A stretch of DNA of 64,000 bases. Source: Octopus vulgaris. Its lineage: Eukaryota. The DNA lies in the NCBI GenBank assembly GCA_951406725.2, contig OX597814.1, positions 75,764,001-75,828,000 of the forward strand, read 5' to 3'. Positions within the stretch are counted from its first letter, which is position 1. Each line of letters starts with the position of its first letter. Made by a program: the position numbers and the translations under genes. Positions 52,301-64,000 of the stretch are shown in pieces. Below the pieces are notes generated by a model. That model was not told the DNA's origin. It did not search any database and was given only the letters and a program-made list of their open reading frames with translations.

Positions 52301-53565
52301 ATCTATGTTGGGGAGTACATTCTTCGCCTGGGAAGGTTTTGGCATTTATAATCAGCCCTCTTTCCCTTTTTCTGGCAAGGATGTAGTCAATCTGGCTGGT
52401 GTGTCTGCCAGAACGGTAGGTGACTAGGTGAGAGGTGGGTTTCCTGAAGTGGGTATTGCAGACCATAAGGTCATTTGCATCGCAGAACTCCAGCAGCCTG
52501 GTTCCCTCCTCATTTCGAGAGCCAAAACCGTGGCCTCCATGGATGCCATGGAAGCCCCTGACATGTCGTCCAACATGTCCATTGAAATCACCTGCCACGA
52601 AGAGAAGGTCACTGTCATTTGTCAATGAGGTAGTCCGCAATAGGGTGTCATAGAATTGGTCTTTTTGTCCTTCCGGTAGCCCTGGTTGAGGGGCATATGC
52701 CGAGATGATGGTAGCTGTCCTATGGTGAAGAACTAATCTAATTTTAATTACTCTGTCACTTACTCTGACTACCTCGATTACCTTACCTATCCATTTCTCC
52801 GCAAGAAGTATACCCACGCCCCCGACTCCGTCAATGTTCCCTGCCCAGAAAATCTTGTACCTGTGTTCCTTGCCCGTGAGGAGCCTAGCAGAACCTCCTC
52901 TCCACCTTACTTCCTGGATACAGCATACATCCACACGTCTCCGTTCAAGCAGCTCTACAATCTCTCCAGACCTACCTTTCAATGTGCCAACGTTGAGCGT
53001 GCCAACTCTGAGGGTTTGGGAGGTGTGGGCATCAGAGACCCTGGGACGAGGGACAGCAGTGTCATGTACCTGAAAAGAAAGCTTGCATTTGGCAGATTTC
53101 ATATGGAAACTCTAGACTACAACCTGCATACTTTTCACAATTTTTGCGCTATATGTTCAGATAAGCCCTACATAGGTGCTAGTGGGGGGAGGGGGTAGTT
53201 TCCGGTATTTGGGTAGAAACTTCCGGTATTGGTGGTGGGGGTGGGAGGGTGGGCGACAAAATCGAAGCAACTAGTTTGAATACTATATTTGAGAGGGAAA
53301 AATAATTAATTAGATAAATGACTGAATGAAAGCCAGAGAGAGAATGAAAATAGATAAATAATGAAAAAAATACGGTAGAGAATGAAAATAGATAAATAAT
53401 GAAAAAAAAAAAATACGGTGAGAGACGAGGGGGCATATTTTCGGAGGAGAATGGGATAAACATCGAAGAATGGCACTGAAGGAAAATAAACTTTAAAAAT
53501 GCAATGCCTGAAGTCGCCATGTTTAGAGAATAGAGGAACGAAGGGAGAACAGATCAAGCTATCCA
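49374..53565 (-). mobile_element. Near-intact RTE-type LINE
   Basis: APE-RT ORF with a single frameshift, repeated 3' UTR and (GAT)n tail at 49374-49392; 5' boundary approximate. Confidence 0.93.
49984..53102 (-). CDS. APE endonuclease - reverse transcriptase polyprotein with internal PHD finger; 1-nt frameshift near 50577-50581
   Basis: GTLNVGTL, CIQEVRW, GDFNGH, SQIDY, QHRLV (APE); QFGF, FVDMEKAFD, GVHQGSVLSP, LLYADD (RT); C4HC3 motif; continues as GEKLEVVDSFRYLG in ORF 49984-50646. Confidence 0.92.
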
Positions 53566-54739
53566 AACAAAACGGACTTCTTTCAGTTTTCTTTAACCAG
53601 GTCTATTCACAAGGTTTTGTCCAGAGCTATAGCACAAGACACTTGCCCTAACTGCAGAATCATATAGTTAGGAAGTAAACTTCTTAACCACACAACTATG
53701 CCTGCACCTTTAAGTGTATATATATTGACACTCAGGTTTTTAAAATTTAAGGAAGACAAATTGCAATAAGAATTGGGGGCCTGACACTGATCTCCATGAC
53801 TTGGCAACAACAATTCTTTTTTGGTCTAAAATCAAAAGTTATAAAGTGAAAAAAAAATTGCTTAATTATTGTAAAATCTCAAAAACAAATTTTGACTTAT
53901 TCACTGTTCTATGTTATTTTGTTCAAGAGAAGGATAACAGTAGAATGGTACACTTTCATACTTCATATCATGATTGTAATAGGTAAAAATATTTTGACAT
54001 AGTTAAAAGTTAGTCTAAGTAAACTCAGTTAGATGTATTCAGAAAAAAGCACCTGTTAATGATGATGATGAAGGATGTATAAAGTAAACAGAAAGTTTGG
54101 GGGTTGATTAATAATCAGATAAAAGGGCTTAAGCCGGTTCTCATAACACAGGAACCAGATAGAAAGTTGAAGGCTTGTGCATATAGTAAAATAGTTGGAA
54201 GGATTATGGCAGATACAGTTTAAAAAAAGTAAAAAAAAAATTAATACAAAAATCTATGATTAAAATGGAACTCTGTTCCATTTCAACCTTTAGCAACATA
54301 AAGAAGAAGTAATATTTTAAAGTGAAGAAAAACTAACAAAAGCAATAATAATAAAATTTTGGTAAAATGCAAATCAGAAGAATTATTTTCTAACTTTAGA
54401 TAAAATCCAAAGATCCCCCAAAGTTTACTTCTTATTTTCTTTAGTAACCTGAACCAAGTACTGTGATGTTAAATCAGCTTTTCTGGTTTTATTTGCACTT
54501 CATTCAAAATATAAGGAAGGAAAAATTTTTATTTTTCACAAACAGGGTTGATAGGAAGAGAAAAGAAGTTAAAAAGAAATAAAATAATTAATTTCGTTTA
54601 CTTTCGAATATAATTTGCCTGTTATGTCCATGAGTATATAAATAATATATATGTACATAAATGCATATATACATCTATATATATATGGGTATATATATAT
54701 ACATATATATATGTGTGTATACATACATATATACATGTA

Positions 54740-54794
<55 letters not shown>

Positions 54795-54920
54795 GAGTGT
54801 GTGTGTGAGTATATATATATGTAATATATGTATATATATATATATGTGTGTGTGAATATATATATATGTAAATATGTGTGCATACATACATATATATATA
54901 TATAAATACCATGTACATTA

Positions 54921-55160
54921 AAACACATCAAGAGGCTTCCAAATAGGAAAGCCTTGGGCTAGAAACAGCAGTAGAAAACTCAAATCACTAATTAGGGATA
55001 AATTCTCGAAAGGAATGAAAATTAAAAACGTTTACCATCTCATTTAGTTCCTAGACCATGGTTTTTAACTAATTCCAGTAAAAATATATTTACTGAGGCT
55101 ATTTTTCATCAGTAGGAAACCTTTAGATTTCAGATATACACACAACTAGATCCACATGTA
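54921..55160 (-). mobile_element. Second copy of the 40 kb HHR element; hammerhead at 55048-55118 with G12 mutated
   Basis: TTCCTA-CTGATGA...AGTTA-AAAA-CCATGG-TC-TAGGAA; homologous to 40340-40581. Confidence 0.85.
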
Positions 55161-55857
55161 AACCAGTCTGATCTGGCAGTGTTTCTACAGCTGGATGCCC
55201 TTCCTAACGCCAACCACTCCGTGAGTGTAGTGAGTGCTTTTTATGTGCCACCGTCACAGATGCCAGGCAAGGCTGGCAATGGCTACGATTGGTTGGTGCT
55301 TTTTACGTGCCACTGGCACGGAGGCTAGTCGAGGCGGTGCTGGCAACGGCTACGTTCGGATGGATCTTTTTACGTGCCACCGGCACTTGTATCACAACTG
55401 TAATTTCCATTGATTTTTGATTGATTTTGATTTCGCTTGCCTTAACAGGTCTTTGCAAGCAGAGTTTTGTGTCCCAAGGAGGAAAGGTATGCATAAGTGG
55501 ACTGGCTACATCCCAGGTAAAGGCCATGGGTTATGGTCTCACTTGTCCTGCCGGGTCTTTTCATGCATGGCATATTCCAAAGGTCTCAGTCACTAGCCAT
55601 TGCCTCCATGAGACCTAATGTTCGAAGGTCGTGCTTCACCACCTCATCCCAGGTCTTCCTGGGTCTACCTCTTTCGCAGGTTCCCTCAACCGCTAGGGTG
55701 TGGCACTTTTTCACACACCTATTTCATCCATTCTTGCCACATGACCATACCAGTGCAAACGTCTCTCTTGCACCCCCAACTGATGCTTCTTAGGTCCAAC
55801 TTTTCTCTCAAGGTACTTACACTCTGTCGAGTATGAACACTGACATTACACATCCAT
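55161..55857 (-). mobile_element. RTE 3' fragment
   Basis: Homologous to 49470-50300. Confidence 0.9.
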
Positions 55858-55864
55858 GAACACT

Positions 55865-55911
<47 letters not shown>

Positions 55912-56002
55912 ATATGTATTTATGTGTGTGGATGTGTGCGTGTGTGTGGGTATGTGCATATATAGATGTGTGCATGTATGTGTGCATGTGAGTACGTGCG
56001 TA

Positions 56003-56300
56003 AATAGATGTATTTTACTCAGTGTTTTTGCACCTTTTCCTGTATTTTTGCTTTTAGCCCTGTTTTTTCTTGTGTATGTGCACATATAGACGTATGTATG
56101 ATCCTTTTTGTGCATGCGTGTGTGTGTGTGTGTGTATATGGGCGTGTGTGTGTGTGTGCATATGGGTATGTGTGTATACAGACGTGGTTTACTCTTTGTA
56201 TACTTCCTTATGCCTTTTTTCTGTATTGTTACCCTTAGCTCTGTTTTTTCTTGTGCTTGTGCATATATAGACGTGTGTATGAACCTTTATGGTGTGCATG
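56003..56300. repeat. Diverged tandem duplication (~175-185 bp period) upstream of the 56588 hammerhead
   Basis: TTTACTC...CTGTATT...TTAGC.CTGTTTTTTCTTGTG...ATATAGACGT.TGTATGA occurs twice. Confidence 0.7.
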
Positions 56301-56587
56301 TGTGTGTGTGGGTTTGTATGTATATACATATACATTTGACGAATGATAAGAGTGAGGATGTGTACGTTTTCAAGTGAGGGTGGATGAATGTATACTTTTA
56401 GGTGCATGCATGTGTAGGTATGAACATGCGTGCTTTCGCGAATACTATGAAATTCTTACCCCCTAACTTTTACTCCCTCCCCTTACTTAGCGGTCATTCA
56501 AATAGCTCTTTTGTCTTAATAACGGTCAATCACACAGTAAATTCCCTTTGTATAATGGTCATTTTCATAGCATTCTTCCGATGGCTG

Positions 56588-56648
56588 GATAACTGAAGAG
56601 ATGGTGGTGTGGATTTCCACCTCGGCATCCGAAACTCGGAGTTTTATC
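56588..56648 (+). ncRNA. Type I hammerhead ribozyme motif
   Basis: GATAA-CTGAAGA-GATG...CATCc-GAAA-CTCGGAG-TT-TTATC; complete core, GUU site at 56643. Confidence 0.72.
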
Positions 56649-56680
56649 ATGGGTATCGAATAATTGTCACATTTTATATT

Positions 56681-56759
<79 letters not shown>

Positions 56760-56798
56760 GCATGTATACATATGTAAGTATTTATGTATATATATGTA

Positions 56799-56840
<42 letters not shown>

Positions 56841-57079
56841 AATGTGTATATATATATATATATGTATATATATATGTATGTTTGTATATATATATATATA
56901 TATATAAATGTGTGTGTGGTTTCACATACTAGTGTAGCTCATTCAACAGTGGTGCCCCAGCATGGCCGCAGCTTTCGGGCTGAAACATTTTTAAGGATTT
57001 AAGGGTATATATATATATATACATACATATATATGTATGCATATATATATATATGTACGTATACATATATATATATATA

Positions 57080-57110
<31 letters not shown>

Positions 57111-57171
57111 GTATGTAAGTATATATAAATGTATGTATGTATATATATACATGTATGTATGCATATATATG

Positions 57172-57217
<46 letters not shown>

Positions 57218-57241
57218 ATATGTATACACACACACACACAC

Positions 57242-57272
<31 letters not shown>

Positions 57273-58791
57273 CGTATGTGTGTGTGTTTATATATAGATA
57301 TATTTAATTCTGTGTAATATATTGTCATAGATTTGTTGAATTAATGGGAGCCATATACTATACTTGGAATTCATGTGCTGCATTTCTTTCTAAAGATGAA
57401 TAGAGTTATTTGTGACCCAGCTGTATAATTCTTTAGTTATGCATATGTTTAAACGCACAATGCTATATGCCTTCCACAATATTCTGCCAATAATAACCAC
57501 AGAAACTACAATAATAATAGACATTACTGATTTTGCATATCACAATACATGTTTTAGTGAATGTCATAGAGCAGCAGTAAGCCTATACAACAAGTCAAAA
57601 TCCATAAACAGACTTTGTCTCTCAGTTATAGCTCTATCAATTCATTTGTTTTGCTTATGTTCTTTAGGAAAGGCATGAATGCTACAGCAATTATTATCAT
57701 CATATTTATTGATTTATTTGAGAAAAATAAGAATTTGCATATAATGGAAGCTTAATAAGAAAGACGAAGCACTTTCATTGTTGTACTATAAATATTGAGT
57801 ATATCTGTAGTTTGTCTTGAATAACTTCTTAATAGTAAACTATTTCTTCACTCTAGGGGAAAAAGTCAGATTTCTTAAGAATTATTAATACCTTTCTTTA
57901 ATTTAATTAGTTAGTCAAAGATTAATTGTCTAACATTATTCTCCACATATTAATAATATATTGCTTTTAACAAAAGTATGCTTAATTAGGTTACTTTCTT
58001 CATACAGTCTTAGCAAATTCATTAATATTTATGTCTGGGGAGTAAAAAGGTCAGACCAACAAATTGTCTGCTTTTCTATTGAAAAGTTTTGGATTTGTGT
58101 CCCATTGGGAAGACCATGTCATACCTTAAACATGGTCCAGAAGCATCCTATTCCATTATTTGACAATAGAGAAGGTAAAGAGTGTGATGGAGATGACTTT
58201 GTGGTGGGGCAGTTTGAAAGTTCAGAATTATGAAATCTTTTGTATTAAATCTTTGACCTGGTTCAGACTTGTTGCTAATAAAATACAGATGGAATATAGA
58301 GTTTGATAAATGGAGAGTTTCATAACTTTTGAGTCATAGAAACACTATTTCTGACATCATATTCATCCAGTGTATCATTAGCAAGTTAGCTTAGTAAGAT
58401 CCTATCTCTTTTAAATTGCTGTTAATGCAGCAAGTGAATGGATTCAAGCATTCATCTATATTTACAATGCTACCACTACTGACAGCAATAAGTTGTTTAT
58501 ATCTGCAGCACCTATTTATTGTTAGTTGGACTAAATCCTTAGTGAGTAATGTGTTTCAGTCACAGGCAAACCATGATGCCAGAAGTATGAGAGAAACGGC
58601 CAGTCTCTTTGGTAGCCATCAACAGTATTACTTTTTTTATACTCATTTTTCAGTGTTTACATCAGTCAAATGGAATTCATTGTGGCTGGTTTTCTACTGC
58701 CAAATGGCCTTCATGTTGCCAACTTTCCTTGTTTTCAAACTAAGTAACAACTTGCATGATGGTATTTCTCACTCACACACACACACACATA

Positions 58792-58859
<68 letters not shown>

Positions 58860-59092
58860 CTCTCTCTCTCTTTTTGCATCTATCATGTGCTGTCAAAACA
58901 AGGATTCACAATCACGCACATATACACACATACAGACAGACATACTTATATTCATTCTTACATGTGTTCTGTTGTGCCATGCAGATACACAGGTGCAAGT
59001 TTATCCACACACATGCACACAACATGCACTCATGTACACATACATCAACCAAATCAAGTAACCACAAATTCCAAACGCTTGTCTTAATTTAA

Positions 59093-59298
59093 CCTTTTAG
59101 CATTTAGATTACTCAGTCAAATATAATGCTTATTTATTCACATTGTTTGGAATTAATCATGTATTATCGCGTAGCTATGAGATTTTGTTAATGTGATTAC
59201 ATATTGTAGGGTAGGTGTGGAAGGCCAAATCTGGCCACTTTGAACATAAAACAGGTGGAATATTTGGGCTGGATGTGGCTGATTTAACTGCTAAAGGG
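59093..59298. mobile_element. piggyBac-type MITE
   Basis: TTAA|CCTTTTAGCATTTA...TAACTGCTAAAGGG|TTAA: imperfect TIRs with TTAA duplication. Confidence 0.8.
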
Positions 59299-59984
59299 TT
59301 AAAAGATTCTTACCACTTCATGATTGACTTGAATTTTGCAAAGATAAAAAATATAAAGAAATTTCAAGGAAACACACAAAAATGCACATTTGTATGTATG
59401 TATGTATGTACATACGCATACATACATACACATACATACATACATACATACATACATACATACATACATACATACATACATACATACATACATACATGCA
59501 CCAAATTCACTCACAAGCACCATTTTGGCCATCTTTGTTCTCATGTGACATATACCTAATTCAATAAAAGAAAGCCAATGCAAATATATTTTTCATTTAG
59601 TAAATGAAGTTGGCAAGCTGGCAGAATCATTAGAACACCAAGCAAAATTCTTAATGGCATTTCATCTGTTTTTACATTTTGAGTTCAAATCCTGCCTTTC
59701 AGGGTCGATAAAATAAGTACCTGTTGAGCCCTGAAGTTGATATAATTGACTAGCCCCCTTCCCATAAAAATTGCTGGCTCTATGCCAGAATTTGAAACAA
59801 ATTAGTAAAGTAGAAATTTCAACCTATTCACTGAAAAATCAAGATTTTATGTATTGTGCATTGTCATTAATGTTGTTCAGTGTCCTGAGCAAGGCATGAA
59901 ATATAGTATTCTAGTAGCTAAAATAATTAGAAATAAAACAGGCAATTATTACATACAACTGCATGCATGTGCACATACATGCAA

Positions 59985-60270
59985 GTACTGTCCAAATCTC
60001 CGATCAATCACATACAGCTAGCTGGCATTCAATTGGCGTATCAAGTTTCGGGCATTTTGATTGGGTTTTGGATAGAAAATTCATGAAAACGTCACTTCTA
60101 TTGATTTTTTTTAATGGCTTTGTGGGGTGACCGGGGAAATGTAAAGATATGCACGACCACCCTTGGACGGTTTTGAATGACCATAGAAAGTGCAAGCCCG
60201 CTAACTGAAAAATTGTGGATTTGTATAAAGGATACACACAGACAGACATTTTGCTGTTTATATATATATA
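59985..60270 (-). mobile_element. Probable Helitron/Helentron-like short element
   Basis: Minus-strand start TATATATAAACAGCAAAATGTCTGTCTGTG; relatively CpG-rich body; inference only. Confidence 0.35.
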
Positions 60271-61009
60271 GAGATATATCCTTTATCCTTCCTCCTCCGC
60301 TTCCTCCTCCTCCTCCTCCTCATCATCATCATCATTTAACATCTGTTTTCCATGCTGGCATGGGCTGGACATTTGACATGGAGCTGGCCAGCCAGGGATC
60401 TGTCCAGATTCCAATCGTCTGTTGTAGCATGATTTCTCTTGCTGGATGCCCTTCCTAACGTCAACCACTTTACAGAGTGAGCTAGGTGCTTTTCATGTGC
60501 CACTGGCATGGGTGTATTTATGCAGCACTGGCATGAGTGCATATTATGTGGCACTGGCAGCTGTAAAGGACAAGCCTATATGTATGGATGACAGCAATTT
60601 TACTTAGCTTGGCACATCTATTCAAGTACAACAAATCGCTACAACTTCTGGTCCCTTGTCCTTTTACTTATTTCAGTCATAGATTGTGGCCATGTGGGGA
60701 CACTGCCTTGAGAGTTTTAGTTGAATGGATCACCACCAGAACTCTTTTTGTTTTTTTAAGCCTGGTCTCTTTTACAGAACCGCTAAATTACAGGGTCATA
60801 AAACACCAACACTGATTGTCAAGTGGAGATGAGGGAGAAACACACACACACATACACGATGAACTTTTTTACATTTCCATCTTCCATTTCCACCCACAAG
60901 GCTTTGGTTTACCTGAGGCTCTAGTAGAAGACACTAACCCAAGATGCCACACAGAGGGACTGAACCCAGAACCATGTGTTTGGGAAGCAAACTTAGCTAT
61001 ACCTCTGCC

Positions 61010-61045
<36 letters not shown>

Positions 61046-61646
61046 AAAACACACACACACACATATATATATATACATATATATATAGATATCAGTTGAA
61101 TAAAGTTAAAACATGGAATGGTCTTCACGATTTTTATTATACTATTTTAACGTTAAAAAATATTTTGTAATGCTCATAAAGTTAAATTAACACACCAGTA
61201 CCTAAATTTCAAATCATACCACTCAACACACACAAATCGCAACATCCAGGAAAATTTGTACTATAGTCAATGATCCAAATACCAGAAATACATGACTTAT
61301 AGAACTCAAAGGATTCCTGCTCAAGGAAAATTACCTTCTCCTACTTATAGAAAATAGCATACAATGAACAAAAGAGATAACTATATAACAACTTTGAGCA
61401 ACACAAAAAAGACAAACACATCAAAGGAACACAATACCATTTCTAGTAACACACAATCTGCATCACCAAAACATTTTAAATATCATCAAAACAAATTTGC
61501 CAATCTTAAAACAAAGTCAAAAAATTAAAAAATATAATAACTAATCACTTATCTTAAGCAAAAAGGCAACCACATAACAAAGGCAAAATTCAACATGAAC
61601 AAACAGGATAAAACATTCACAGTATCCAAGTGTAATAGTAACAGAT

Positions 61647-62036
61647 GTGGAACATGTCAATACATGCATACAGGCAGATCCATTAGAACAAAAAAATGGA
61701 CAGACTTTCACAAATCCAGATATGAACTGCAAAAGCAGAAATTTGATCTACTGCATTAAATACCTGAATTGCAAGGAATTATATATAGGCAAGACAGGGA
61801 ATGCATTATCAGAATGCTCACCAGTCCACAGACAACAAATCCGGAACACTAATGATCGCCAAATTCCATTGAGCGAACATATAGAAGCATGTTGTCAGAA
61901 AATGTTTCTAATTTTTTCTTTCCACAAACTACATGACACAAGTGAGGCTGGAAGAAAGATAAAAGAAAAATGGTTTATTAAAATGTTCAAACTTGTTCTG
62001 AACGGAAATAACAGCATTAATATAACAAACAGCTAA
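61647..62036 (+). pseudogene. Penelope GIY-YIG endonuclease domain remnant
   Basis: NCKSRNLIYCIKYLNCKELYIGKTG...HRQQIR...LSEHI...RKIKEKWFI...LN. Confidence 0.88.
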
Positions 62037-62220
62037 TGATATGGATAAAAAATTTCACTAGCATATAAATATAAACAAGTTACTGAATATTAGTACACCT
62101 GGCAAACCGTGATGTTTAAGATGCATGTGGATTAGTCAAAAAAGTATTCTAAAAATTCAGCTTGTTGAATTAAGAGGTACAACAGTTGTCAAGAACTCAA
62201 CTGTCAGTTAAACACATTTG

Positions 62221-62258
62221 AAATTTGATGATTACACTATGTAAGAAAGTGCTAATTT
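62221..62258 (+). ncRNA. Minimal type I hammerhead in the Penelope 3' pseudo-LTR (C3 to U)
   Basis: AAAT-TTGATGA-TTAC(ACTAT)GTAA-GAAA-GTGC-TA-ATTT. Confidence 0.7.
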
Positions 62259-62390
62259 AACTTTATGAGCATTACAAAATATTTTTTTAATGTTAAAATA
62301 CTATAATAAAAATGTGAAAACTAGACCATGCTTTAACTTTATTCAACTGATATATTATTCTATATACATTCATACAAATTTGAAACAATA

Positions 62391-62436
<46 letters not shown>

Positions 62437-62871
62437 CCACATATGTAGTAGTATATATATATATATATATCGTATATATATGTATATGATATATATGATG
62501 TGTATATATATATATGTATATATATGTGTATATGTATGTATAAGTTGATAATGGTAGTATTGGGGAGTAGGTCCAAACTTGCAGGGAAGGGTTGGATTTG
62601 GGATTGAATCCAGTTTTGTAGTATAGATGTATTATACTGTATTGTGTTGGATTGGAGATGGAACCACTGTTGGGTGGATCAGGTGGTGAAGGGCATAGGC
62701 CGGTGCATGGAATTGATTTGAAGGTGTAGGAGTTGAAATTTGAAAAATTGTTTAGGTGATTTAAACTTATAAATTTTAAATGTATATGTACAAATATATA
62801 TGTATATATATGTATGTATATTTTTGGCCGTTTGCCAGCTCCGCCAAATTTATCAGCAGCAAATAAATATA

Positions 62872-64000
62872 AGGTGTATTTAGCCAGAGGGGAAGCAGAT
62901 AAGAAAAATTTGCCAATGTCCTGCGCCGTGGGGATGAAAGACTTGAGGTATTTTGTATAGCAAGACAGTGTGTGAGAGAGAATCGTGACGTGGTAGGAGA
63001 AAAATGTGTTCGCACAGATGACGGCTCACTTGCGTTAAATGAGGATGCAAAGAGAGAGGTTTGGAGACGCCACTATGAAAGGTTGCTGAATGAGGAAAAT
63101 GAATGGGATAAAGAGAGTCTGCCGAATGTTGACCCAACAGAGGGACCAGCAATCCGAGTTGACAGTTCCGTAGTAGTTAAGGCAATTACAAGCATGAAAA
63201 TAGGGAAAGCCCCAGGCCCATCAGGAATTACTGCAGAGATGCTCAAAATATCTGGTAGTGTCGGCTATAGCCTAGTCACCCGTATAGTTAACCAGGTGAT
63301 ACACGAAGGAGTCATACCCAATGACTGGTGTAGCAGCATAATAGTCAACTGCTACAAAGGTAAAGGTGACACCCTAGATACAAATAACTACAGGGGTATC
63401 AAGCTGCTGGATCAGGTAATGAAGGTTACGGAGAGGGTTATAGCCCAACTAATTAGAGAGAGAATTAGCTTAGACCAGATGCAGTTTGGGTTCGTGCCAG
63501 GGAAAAGTACTACTGATGCTATCTTCCTGGTAAGACAGCTGCAGGAGAAATACCTAGCCAAAGACAAGCCCCTGTACCTGACTTTTGTTGACATGGAGAA
63601 AGCCTTCAACAGGGTCCCCCAATCCCTCATCTGGTGGTCAATGAGGAAACTAGGGATAGATGAATGGTTAGTGAGAGCTGTACAAGCCATGTACAGAGAC
63701 GCTGCTAGTAAGGTGAGGGTTGGCATCGAGTACAGTGAAGAATTCAGGGTAGAGGTTGGGGTCCACCAAGGTTCAGTTCTCAGTCCCCTCCTATTTATCA
63801 TAGTCCTCCAGGCAATAACGGAGGAATTCAAGACAGGATGCCCCTAGGAGCTCCTCTATGCTGATGACCTTGCTCTAATTGCAGAGTCTCTATCAGAACT
63901 GGAGGAGAAGTTTCAGGTGTGGAAGCAAGGTTTAGAATCGAAGGGCCTTAGGATCAACCTAGCCAAAACCAAAGTCCTAATAAGTAGGAAGGTAGACCAA
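62872..64000 (+). mobile_element. 5'-truncated copy of the 49-53 kb RTE family, running off the window end
   Basis: ORF 62972-63847 is nearly identical to the RT of 50568-53102; TGG to TAG stop just before ELLYADD. Confidence 0.95.

Larger units (their letters stand above)
61089..62353 (+). mobile_element. 5'-truncated Penelope-like retroelement with inverted terminal segment
   Basis: RT C-terminal remnant (HQYLNFKSYH...RKICTIVND); GIY-YIG ORF; 61089-61193 is the reverse complement of 62249-62353; flanked by (TA)n. Confidence 0.9.

Noticed and set aside
50587-52653. Plus-strand ORFs antisense to the RTE ORF (also 63412-63831)
   Set aside because: Shadow frames of the RT coding sequence.
57961-58310. 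Coding-looking stretch (90 aa ORF)
   Set aside because: No recognisable motif or splice support; the alternative frame has stops.

Overview
AT-rich eukaryotic DNA dense in microsatellites and transposons. The repeat content ((TA)n/(CA)n/(TACA)n tracts, RTE LINEs with (GAT)n tails, tRNA-like SINEs) suggests an octopus/cephalopod genome (inference). I cannot support any host protein-coding gene; most ORF-track entries are microsatellite artefacts. Recognisable elements: a near-intact RTE-type LINE with a PHD finger inside its RT region (~49374-53565, -) plus fragments; a decayed BovB-like RTE (40931-45104, +); an R4/Dong-like fragment with a 5' inversion; a Penelope-like GIY-YIG remnant (61089-62353); a deleted Ty3/Gypsy element with nested mariner and LINE insertions; an IR-DR Tc1; a FLYWCH-MULE; Helitron remnants; a piggyBac-type MITE; and many SINEs. 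The most striking signal is in RNA structure. About ten minimal type I hammerhead ribozyme (HHR) motifs, intact or decayed, lie in small Penelope-style elements. In addition, six copies from two diverged families contain all three hammerhead strands in a non-circularly permuted order (NUH/stem I, then GAAA, then CUGANGA), with compensatory stem changes between the families, inside ~0.7-0.75 kb partially tandem non-coding elements. All structures were paired by eye and are untested. Element boundaries are approximate unless stated.
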